This document shows, one piece after another, positions 12,485 through 22,689 of a stretch of DNA of 51,814 nucleotides. How positions within the stretch are numbered: the first letter of the stretch is position 1; the number at the start of each line of letters is the position of its first letter. The position numbers and the translations under genes were made by a program. Source of the stretch: Octopus bimaculoides (lineage: Eukaryota); NCBI RefSeq assembly GCF_001194135.2, contig NC_068981.1, positions 116,652,938-116,704,751 of the forward strand, in the 5' to 3' direction. A model generated the notes under the pieces. The model was given only the letters and a program-made list of their open reading frames with translations. It was not told where the DNA came from and ran no database searches.

Positions 12485-13374
12485 TCCATACATAATTATA
12501 TGCCCACACACTTATATTAATACTACATACTTAAAATAGAACCACCCACATATTAACTTTTATCGCATTTATATGCGTGTTATTCATACAATGCTTTTCT
12601 CATACATCAAATCATAGAGAACAAACGGATAACATAAATGCCGAGTCCAATCTTATAAAACCAAATAACCTCACAACATAACTTCATATTCAAGGTTGTC
12701 TTTCGTAAACAGAACGGAATGAATAATCATTTTTGAATGCTCTTTATGCTTTATATGTTGTTTTGTTAACCAGCCTGGATTTTCTCTTCACTTCTCTATT
12801 TTATATTTAGATATACATGCAAATCATTTACATTGACACGCGCACCTATACACGTGTGTGTATATATATATATGTATATATATNNNNNNNNNNNNNNNNN
12901 NNNNNNNNNNNNNNNNNNNNNNNNNNNNNNNNNNNNNNNNNNNNNNNNNNNNNNNNNNNNNNNNNNNNNNNNNNNNNNNNNNNNNNNNNNNNNNNNNNNN
13001 NNNNNNNNNNNNNNNNNNNNNNNNNNNNNNNNNNNNNNNNNNNNNNNNNNNNNNNNNNNNNNNNNNNNNNNNNNNNNNNNNNNNNNNNNNNNNNNNNNNN
13101 NNNNNNNNNNNNNNNNNNNNNNNNNNNNNNNNNNNNNNNNNNNNNNNNNNNNNNTATACAGATATTCTCCACATAGAATGAACTTTGTAGTGCTTGTAAG
13201 ATTTATCTATCCCCACAAGAAAATATCCGGGCTAGTCAAGTCTGAGGAACGTGAAGTCCAGTTGACATTGCCGTGCCGGGAGCTTATTCTCTCTCAAAAA
13301 CATCCCCGTAATAACTGCATTGTTTGCCTTGCGGTACCATGTGTGGGGTCTCTTGCTGGAAACATGAGTGAGGT

Positions 13375-13747
13375 CTACTTTGAATGGCCGGGCGCAAAAA
13401 GGTCTTAATCATTTATACCTGAAAGATAGGGTTTACGTTAACAAACCGGGGACCCTAATGCAACTGAAGGACAACATCATTAGAGAAATCAGAGAAGTGA
13501 GGTCTCAAATTCTTGAGGGTGTTATGGTGCAAGTTTTGGAAAGAGCACGGGTGTGGAAAGCCGAAAATGGCTGCCATTTAAGTGATGTCATTTTTCGTAT
13601 GTGGTATAATGGTGTTCCAAAATTTGACTTGTGCATATTAATTTCCATTGTGTCCTTCATATTGTATCAAAATTTCATGCATTTTTCTTTTAAACTTCCG
13701 GAAGTCATTAAAATTTGAAATCCACCATTTACATTTGGGACACGCTA
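13375..13747 (+). mobile_element. Tc1/mariner-superfamily (maT/DD37D-like) transposase C-terminal relic with right TIR
   Basis: EWP...LN..YLKDRVYVNKPGTLMQLKDNIIREI...VLERARVWKAENGCHLSDVIF; right end tttgggacacgcta|ta resembles a CAGGGTGTCCCAAA-type TIR. Confidence 0.75.
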
Positions 13748-13764
13748 TATATATATGTATATAT

Positions 13765-14330
13765 ATGTTTCGACTAAAAATTGGCCTAGGCCATATCTAA
13801 CTCAATAGAACCGCCTGATAGGATTTGCTATGTCCTTCTCAAGTCAAGTTTTGTGGTATCATGACCATTTGAGTAGGGAGTTCTTGTTGAACGAGTTGTA
13901 TCCAGGTACAGGTGGTTTATCTGGTACCCCTTGAAGAAATTTGTCCAGATTCCGTTTAAAGGTGATAGGATCCTTTTTCCTCTTTGATCTGTTTAGGAAC
14001 AATGTTAAATAGGGCAGGGCCTGTTGAGGAAAATAAATTGTGTTGCAATGTATTTATGTGTTGTGATCTTGAATTGGATAGGGGACATATGGCCCGTAGT
14101 CCTAACCTTGAATGAATCCTGAAACTCATGGTGAGTCGTTTGGGTAATGCTGATGGTATATTCTCCATATCGCGCAAATATTGTATCGCTCACAGCGGCA
14201 CCGGAGAAAACAGTCTTTCAATTATTTAAGGCGGTCCCAATCATGGAGATCAGTCATGGGGGTGATTCGATTTTTGAAATGTTTTGTTTTGTGCGCCGAG
14301 TCCACAGAGGGCAGAATTATTCGAGGTGTG
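13765..14330 (-). mobile_element. CR1-like LINE, 3' end of ORF2 plus 3' UTR
   Basis: ...HSRLG...NTLQHNLFSSTGPALFNIVPKQIK..DPITFKRNLDKFLQGVPDKPPVPGYNSFNKNSLLKWS* (stop 13859-61, one frameshift). Confidence 0.8.
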
Positions 14331-15662
14331 CATAAATATATATAGGTATTTCTATATATGTATATACATACAAGCATTTCGATGTATGTACATATATAAA
14401 TATATGTGTGTGTGAGTGCGTGTGTATGTGCGCGCGTATATATATATANNNNNNNNNNNNNNNNNNNNNNNNNNNNNNNNNNNNNNNNNNNNNNNNNNNN
14501 NNNNNNNNNNNNNNNNNNNNNNNNNNNNNNNNNNNNNNNNNNNNNNNNNNNNNNNNNNNNNNNNNNNNNNNNNNNNNNNNNNNNNNNNNNNNNNNNNNNN
14601 NNNNNNNNNNNNNNNNNNNNNNNNNNNNNNNNNNNNNNNNNNNNNNNNNNNNNNNNNNNNNNNNNNNNNNNNNNNNNNNNNNNNNNNNNNNNNNNNNNNN
14701 NNNNNNNNNNNNNNNNNNNNNNNNNNNNNNNNNNNNNNNNNNNNNNNNNNNNNNNNNNNNNNNNNNNNNNNNNNNNNNNNNNNNNNNNNNNNNNNNNNNN
14801 NNNNNNNNNNNNNNNNNNNNNNNNNNNNNNNNNNNNNNNNNNNNNNNNNNNNNNNNNNNNNNNNNNNNNNNNNNNNNNNNNNNNNNNNNNNNNNNNNNNN
14901 NNNNNNNNNNNNNNNNNNNNNNNNNNNNNNNNNNNNNNNNNNNNNNNNNNNNNNNNNNNNNNNNNNNNNNNNNNNNNNNNNNNNNNNNNNNNNNNNNNNN
15001 NNNNNNNNNNNNNNNNNNNNNNNNNNNNNNNNNNNNNNNNNNNNNNNNNNNNNNNNNNNNNNNNNNNNNNNNNNNNNNNNNNNNNNNNNNNNNNNNNNNN
15101 ATATATATATATATATACAGACAAATGAGCACATTTCAGGATTTCTCAGCTTTCTTTTGTGCATGTATGTGGAATAGAGGAAGCCGTTTCCTCAAACGAA
15201 ACAGTAACATGAAAAAACAAAAACAAAAAAAAAACGGAATAAAAAGCAAAACTACAGAAATGGATAAAGGAGAAAGAGAATGTACATGTGTGCGTTTGGG
15301 TAGCTGTGTAAAACGGAGAGCTTAGATTCTGTGAAGGGTATTAAATATTGCGTACCGTATGCGTAAAGATATCTCGTTGATAAAAAGTCAGTATTCTTGT
15401 TTATCTTAGTTATTTCAACACAACCCTCTCTGCTCGGCCCGCCAAGGAAAGACGTCACATCATCCATTCTATGAGGTTAAGACAAACGACCGATGCGTTC
15501 AAAGCAATAGCCGAAACTACCACAAACTCACAGCATTCCACAGTTTATCAGCTGCCAGCTCCGTAAGAGATTCCAAAAGTGTGCGTGTGTTTCCTTTTGT
15601 TCCAAACAGTTCTGAATGTTTACGTGAGAGAAGAGAGAAGTGTGTGTGCATGTGTCTGAAAG

Positions 15663-15669
15663 AGAGAGG

Positions 15670-15715
<46 letters not shown>

Positions 15716-15790
15716 AAGAAAGAGAGAGAGAGAGAGAAAGAGAGAGAGAGGTGGAAAGAGAAAGACAGAGAGATTGAAAGTGAGAGGGGG
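15663..15790 (+). repeat. (GA)n / purine-rich tract
   Basis: Direct reading. Confidence 0.9.
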
Positions 15791-16082
15791 GTGACGGGAA
15801 GAAATAAATGGGAAAGACTTAGTGTATGTGCGTGTGTGCTTATATGTATCTGAGTACTGAGAGGTGTTTCATCTTCTTACACATGCACACGCTATATCTA
15901 TCTATCTATCTATCTCTATCTATATATCTATCTATATATCTATCTATCTATCTATCTATCTANNNNNNNNNNNNNNNNNNNNNNNNNNNNNNNNNNNNNN
16001 NNNNNNNNNNNNNNNNNNNNNNNNNNNNNNNNNNNNNNNNNNNNNNNNNNNNNNNNNNNNNNGAGAGAAGAGCAGATGTCAA

Positions 16083-16629
16083 CTTGGGATTTGCGGTTGC
16101 TTTCGGACAATTAATGAGACACCCATTTTCCAACTTTAGGAACCTTTCCAAGTTGTTGAAGATGACGATGAACAGTCGTATGGCTTGAACTAAGCTTTAT
16201 TGCCAATTCTTCAATTGTTAATGCAGGATTTTCTTCAAGTAATGCTTCAAGAAAGTTATCAAATTCAACTGGACGTCCTGTTTGATCTTCAACTTCAAGG
16301 ATGAAATCTCCACTTCTGAATTTTGCAAACCGTCTTCTGCAAGTTCTTTTATTCAAGCATTCTTTTCCATAAACTGAGTGTATGTCTCGAGTCACTTCGG
16401 CTGCAGAGTTTCCTTTTTTTGTACTCATAAAGCAATATGTGCCTCAAATGCTCTTTGGATACTTCCATGTTAGAAAGGGTTTTAATCAAAGAAATTTTAA
16501 TTCTATTATTTTGTAAAATAATATTTAATTAGTTTAGATGTACACAAATGCATAAAAATAATTTTTAATTCCATTCGACATTCTAAAATACTATTAAATT
16601 TCATTCAACTTTAAAAATGCTAAAATCGG
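16083..16629 (-). mobile_element. Mariner 5' portion with transposase HTH pseudogene (ATG at 16468, frameshift in an A run)
   Basis: MEVSKEHLRHILLYEYKK/GNSAAEVTRDIHSVYGKECLNKRTCRRRFAKFRSGDF...GRP...LTIEELAIKL...TVHRHLQQLGKVPKVGKWVSH (WVPH-like motif). Confidence 0.92.
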
Positions 16630-17395
16630 NNNNNNNNNNNNNNNNNNNNNNNNNNNNNNNNNNNNNNNNNNNNNNNNNNNNNNNNNNNNNNNNNNNNNNN
16701 NNNNNNNNNNNNNNNNNNNNNNNNNNNNNNNNNNNNNNNNNNNNNNNNNNNNNNNNNNNNNNNNNNNNNNNNNNNNNNNNNNNNNNNNNNNNNNNNNNNN
16801 NNNNNNNNNNNNNNNNNNNNNNNNNNNNNNNNNNNNNNNNNNNNATAAATGTATATACGTACATATCTATGCACTTATTTGCATATAAATATACTTAAGT
16901 GCGTATGTGTGTGTGTACTTACACAAACCTGGACTCACACATGCTTATACGAATAAACACAGGTTTACGTATATATTTTTTTAGTCACTAAAAGTTTCTC
17001 TCGAATGAAAAAGCTTCTGCGTGCGCGCGCGAATGTACACAGACACACACACACATACATATAAATAGAAACACATTTGCTTGTGTGTTCATATCTCAGT
17101 GTGTATTTGTGCACGTACATGTTTGAACATATCAGTCCACCCGTTCAAAATAACAATCCGTGAAATATACAAAAATACAAGTTAATATATCTACAACAAT
17201 AATAACTTAATATTTGATTGCATTTAACACCTAAGCATTCTACGCCGTCGACTGGAGAGAGAAACAAAATCTCATTTGAGAATTTGTGATAAATTGCCAA
17301 ACCGTCCATCAGGATTCTCTCATTTATTCCGCATATTCAATACACTGAAGGAATTGTTTACATTCTTTTAATTCTCTCTTACAGCCAGGCTTTCT

Positions 17396-17544
17396 AATAT
17401 TGATTTCAAATTTTGGCTCAAGGCCAGCAACTTTCGGAGAGGGGTAAGTCGATTACATCGACCCCAGTACTCAACTGGTACTCAAAATCGACTGGCTTCC
17501 GCCCAAGAAGTTCGTGCCTTGTCCATAGAGTAGAAAAGAATATT
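17396..17544. mobile_element. Two SINE family 1 tails in opposite orientation
   Basis: The left part is the reverse complement of the 3.9-kb SINE tail. The right part is a forward tail variant. Both end in aatatt. Confidence 0.6.
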
Positions 17545-17590
17545 GCAGTCTCTTAATTCCTCTAGTTCATGCCGCATTGGGCGTTGAATA

Positions 17591-18706
17591 TGTTGGCCAA
17601 AGTGTTCCTTCGGTTTTGGTCGACACTAAATTTCAAACACAGTAACAAGTAGTTAACATCTGTCTGTCCTTTGCGCATACATTCTCGTTAGATACTTGGC
17701 ACTTCAAAGGAGCGTGACTCTAACTTGCGGTGAAGCAGATTGTAATTTGTGTGCTTAAAACCATCCTTAAAATGGAGAACCAACTAAAACGGAAATTTTC
17801 GATACCTCGTGCTTATTTATTTCACAAAAAGTCAAGCAAGCAAGGGAAATCTGCAGGAATATATGCTTTGTACAAAGAGGATTAGCAGAGATACCAACGC
17901 CCTGCCAGGCCTATTGCAGATTTTCACCAAATATCCAAATCAAGTTGCTTGCATCAGTAGACTTTGTTTTTGCTTGAAATCAACTGAAGAAGACTAAGTT
18001 CTCCGAGAAGATAAACATCTGAGATTTGTTGCAGAAACGTGAAGGAAACCATCCTTTTCTGAAGAGAATAAATAATATCAGGGGAGGAAAAATAGACCGT
18101 TTATAACAATGTGAAGCGCAATGGATTGTGGGGGAGGCGCGGCGAACCACCACAAGCAACCGTGAAGTAGTACTTCAACTGAAGAATGTTATGCGTTCAA
18201 TTTGATGGGATCAGAAAGGCGTTGTCTTTTACGAGCTTCTTCCCACGGACGGTTCCATTAATTCAGCTGGACAAACAAAATGCAGCGATCCACCAGAAAA
18301 CGTTGAATGTTTTCTAAATGTAAGGACGTTGTCTTTCACCACAACAATGCCAGAACGCACCCTTATTTGCAGATTCAGTACAAGCTACTGGGGTTTGGCT
18401 GAGAAGTTTTGCTTTCTTGTTCACATTCACCCAACCTTGCGGATTTAGATTTCTACCTGTTTTAATCTCATTAAAATGCATTATCTTCAACTCTGAAGAG
18501 GATCTAAAAGTTCACCTGCAAGAGATTTTCGCCAGTAAAGACTAAATTTTTGAGCAGTGAATAACGGATATTGCGACAAGATGGCAGAAGTTACCGGGAC
18601 GAAAGAGTAATTATAAAATTGATTAACGAAATCATTTTGTGCTTAAAACTTCCGTCTTGTTTTCACTTAAAAAAATCGAACAAACATTTTAACCAAACAA
18701 AACAAT
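17591..18706 (+). mobile_element. Near full-length decayed mariner (DD34D type)
   Basis: TIR-like tgttggccaaagtgttccttcggtttt and aaaaatcgaacaaacattttaaccaaaca. Relic motifs MENQ.., WD.KGVVFYELLP, VVFHHNNAR, HSPNLA.DF.LF and RWQK; many stops. Confidence 0.85.
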
Positions 18707-18890
18707 TAGTGGAGAGCCGTCAAAAGCTCCATTATATGAATTACACTAGCAACTAAAGTTATAGCGTCATATCAGAATGCTTTGATTGTTCAAATCGATT
18801 AAATTGGGGTGCAGTCAAAATTTAAATTGCATATTTTTCCATTCTTTGTTTCGCACATCGAAAAGGGGATGGAAATTTTCAACTTTAATT

Positions 18891-19058
18891 TGTTACTTGT
18901 CTAAGTAATTGAACTGTGGCCATGCTGGAGCACTACTTTGAAAAGCTTAGTCAAACAAATCGACCCCAGAATTTATTAAAATAAAGTCTGGTATTTATTC
19001 TTCTCTTTTGCCAAACCGTTAAGTTACGAGTAGGAAAGTTGTTAAGCGACTGTGAGTG

Positions 19059-19120
<62 letters not shown>
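18891..19120 (-). mobile_element. SINE family 2, 3' half, ending in (CA)n
   Basis: ggccatgctggagcac...caaatcgacccca...ctcttttgccaaaccgttaagttacg. Confidence 0.8.
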
Positions 19121-19125
<5 letters not shown>

Positions 19126-19192
19126 TACATTACATCGAAAACCGTTAATTCAGGCACGATCTTTGTCTCACCATCTATTTCTTTCTTCATAC

Positions 19193-19316
19193 CTTTCTGC
19201 AGAAAAGCATTGTATCAAGACGCCAAAACACTTCCATTCTTCATCAGCATCAAATTCATACACTCTGTTTGCTGTTTTCTCATTTTTGTCTGCCTTCGTT
19301 TTAATTTTTTTCTCCT
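19193..19316 (-). CDS. Candidate internal exon of an unidentified gene
   Basis: Open frame EEKKIKTKADKNEKTANRVYEFDADEEWKCFGVLIQCFSAE ending at donor AAG|GTATGA; acceptor is weak. Confidence 0.3.
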
Positions 19317-19730
19317 CCCTTTAAACCATATATATACTAGCGACACAAACAGTATTAATACCGGCAGGTAATATTTATCCCTACTTTAATGTGGACGTTC
19401 TGGTACAACACACTATGCTATGGTAGACACCATGAGAGAATTTCTCATATCGCTGGCGGGGAGATGAGTCCTGCTCTCTCTAGCAGTCGAGTATCCATCA
19501 TTGGTAGATCCAAGGAAAGTCGAAATCATGTGATCTACTGGTCTCGGCGCTGGAAGTGGTGGGCATTTATATCTCCGACGATATAAACAAGAGCGAATTT
19601 TGCATCAAAAACCAATATGACAGTTTTTCATAGGCGATCTACTACACTATAGATTGCTCTAACAAAGCATCCACGCTTAACTGGAGATAAACATTGCCTT
19701 TAAATCATATATATATATATATATACATAT

Positions 19731-20011
19731 AGGCACAGGAGTGGCTCAGTAGTTAGAAACTTGCTTCCCAACCACATGGTTCCGAGTTCATTCCCACTGC
19801 GTGGCACCTTGAGCAAGAGTCTTCTACTATAGCCTCAGGCTGACCAAAGTCTTGTGAGTGAATTTGGTAGAAGGAAACTGAAAGAAGTGTATCATATATG
19901 TATGTTTTTGTGTGTCTATATTTGTCCACCACCGTCGCTTGATAACCGATGTCGGTGTGTTTACATCCCAGTATCTTATCGGTCCGGCAAAAGAGACCGA
20001 TAGGATAGGTA
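19731..20011 (+). mobile_element. tRNA-derived SINE (family 2), running into a gap
   Basis: aggcacaggagtggctcagtagttag...gagttcattccc...gcaaaagagaccgatagga. Confidence 0.9.
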
Positions 20012-20455
20012 NNNNNNNNNNNNNNNNNNNNNNNNNNNNNNNNNNNNNNNNNNNNNNNNNNNNNNNNNNNNNNNNNNNNNNNNNNNNNNNNNNNNNNNNN
20101 NNNNNNNNNNNNNNNNNNNNNNNNNNNNNNNNNNNNNNNNNNNNNNNNNNNNNNNNNNNNNNNNNNNNNNNNNNNNNNNNNNNNNNNNNNNNNNNNNNNN
20201 NNNNNNNNNNNNNNNNNNNNNNNNNNNNNNNNNNNNNNNNNNNNNNNNNNNNNNNNNNNNNNNNNNNNNNNNNNNNNNNNNNNNNNNNNNNNNNNNNNNN
20301 NNNNNNNNNNNNNNNNNNNNNNNNNNNNNNNNNNNNNNNNNNNNNNNNNNNNNNNNNNNNNNNNNNNNNNNNNNNNNNNNNNNNNNNNNNNNNNNNNNNN
20401 NNNNNNNNNNNNNNNNNNNNNNNNNNNNNNNNNNNNNNNNNNNNNNNNNNNNNNN

Positions 20456-20500
<45 letters not shown>

Positions 20501-20524
20501 ATATATATATATACAAATAGTTTA

Positions 20525-20645
20525 AATCTATCAAATTCACATGCAAGCATTGACCAACCCGGGCTATTGTTGAAGACACTTGCCCAAGGTGGTGTGTAGT
20601 GGGACTGAATCCGAGACTAATGAACAACATAGCTATGCCTGCATT
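20525..20645 (-). mobile_element. SINE family 2, 5' fragment
   Basis: gaagacacttgcccaaggt...gggactgaatcc is the reverse complement of the SINE head. Confidence 0.75.
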
Positions 20646-20784
20646 TATTCGCTTCATAGCTAAACTTTCTAATATTTAGATATATTCCTCTGTGTGTGCG
20701 TGTGTGTGTGTGTGTGTACACGTATATATAAACACACAAACACACACACATACACACATATATGTACGTATATATATCTATATA

Positions 20785-20830
<46 letters not shown>

Positions 20831-21514
20831 GTTACATATGCATAAGCGTGTGTATTTGTGTATGATGTCACTGTAATTGTATGCAACTATATTTGTAACA
20901 CTTCTAATTCCTTTGAAACCGTCATTAGTTTGCTTCAGGTGTACTCAACCTGAAGCATTTATTAAAAGCAATCACAAAGTTCATATATAATCTAATAATA
21001 TTCCAAAGTAACGTTGCAAATGCTTTTCGCGTAAGGCTTCGTTAATTAAATTTGGACTGACTTTAAAATTCTGTGCTCTCGACCAGCTGAAAGGAAAACT
21101 GAAATGTCCTTAAAACATGTCATAGTGTATTTGAAAAAGAAGGAAAAGTTGGATAATGCCTTACATTTATAATAACGTGCCTGACCAAAATCGGCTCATT
21201 GAGAGTAGAATCTGATAATAAAAAGAAATATTTCTGTGCTGACGATACTGATTTGAGAAATATAGTATTACATTATATGTATTACAAAATATATATATTA
21301 GCACGTGAAATTTTGCTCTTACGATGATTCCTGCTACTGATAACAAGACCAGTACTGATACAAGCATAAGCAGTACAACTGTATGTTATTTAAGACAACG
21401 TAGGTACATTTCTTACGTCACAGTCTACATTTATATCATTATCACTTTTGATGCTATGAAAAACCCGGCTACATGAAACGTCTAGAAAGCTATAGGGACG
21501 ATTTTTACCCAAAC

Positions 21515-22249
21515 TTAACTTTTTGAGCCCTGTCCTCCTGAATCTTATTTGACCATATACCTGGGTTTCTGAGCAAAATAAACTGACAACTGGGTTGGTG
21601 TCAATTACAGCTCTCAAAAAAGAAATATCAATGTCAATAACAAACATACAGCAGAGATGCCTACCTGGCTCTTAGGGTTAATATTCCATCTTGGTATGCC
21701 AATCGGTCCAGCACGTTGATCCTCTTTTGACACAGAGATGAACCTTACATTCTTGGCAATAGACAGCTGATTTGACTTCTTTGACTGGATAATCCCTGTA
21801 AGGAACACTGGAGGTTTTCTGACTTGAATTTATTGTATTTAGCACAGTGTGTTTGTAGACTCATCCTCTGGAATATTTGGATCGTGGCGGCTTTCAATTT
21901 GGAGACGACAGGGACTTCGCGATCACGAGCTCTGCGAACACCATTTTTGCCAAACTCACCGACAAGTCCCACCCGGTATTGTTCCAGAAATTTGTGAAAT
22001 GTGTGCTTCTGGGCCTTCCCCGAATAAAGGGACTGGAAAATAACATATGCATTGTAGATAGCCCACATGAGAAATTTCAAGAAGAGTGATAATGGCGTCT
22101 TGTCTTGTAAAATCTCGTCATTTGATCGCTGGATAAAAATAAATCGTCGTTCTTTATTGCAGATGCATTCCAGCGGTAGAGCGGTGCTACGTCATAGAGA
22201 AAAATAACCCATCCACCGGTAAACCGGTGTTACAGGCTCAAAGGTCTAA
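21515..22249 (-). mobile_element. Internally deleted piggyBac-like element retaining only the transposase C-terminus
   Basis: The 21678-22135 relic reads DQMTRFYKTRRH../LFLKFLMWAIYNAYVIF...CAKYNK.../KSAVYCQECKVHLCVKRGSTCWTDWHTKMEY* (Cys-rich domain). Degenerate ends ttaa-ctttttgagccctgt and acaggctcaaaggt-ctaa. Confidence 0.75.
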
Positions 22250-22689
22250 GATGGCAAAATAGCTTCGGCAACAGGTACCATTCATTGCGAAAAGGAAAAC
22301 AAAAATATCTATTACCGATAGCTGTTTTATTTCAAATCTCGTAATTCTAATCGAATTTCTGAAAACACTGAGATATAACCAAAATTAGAAAGACCGGTAA
22401 TAATGTAAACAAACCGCATCCGCGATCACTACATTCTCTTATATCTAAACATGTAATCGATTCGACAGAGACGACTACACAATATATTTAAATTAGGAAC
22501 ATTCTAAAATTGCAGTTTGTAAATGATACTTTCCCAGTTTCTCTAAGCTATCGCTGAGCGACAAACCATTCTTGTCGAAGAAAAAGTAAAGAGCCACTTG
22601 CTTATGAAAATATTAAACGGAAACAAACCAGAGGAGAAAACAACAATCTGGATACTGGATGCTTAACGATAATGAAACTTCTATTTCAA

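Noticed and set aside
19460-19500. gatgagtcctgc…gcagtcgag, hammerhead-like at first sight
   Set aside because: It lacks both CUGA and GAAA
19731-19810. tRNA-like A and B boxes here and at other SINE heads
   Set aside because: No complete cloverleaf; they continue into SINE bodies
20931-20957. 10-bp hairpin followed by T-rich sequence (terminator-like)
   Set aside because: The context is eukaryotic, and a few such stems are expected by chance in 50 kb
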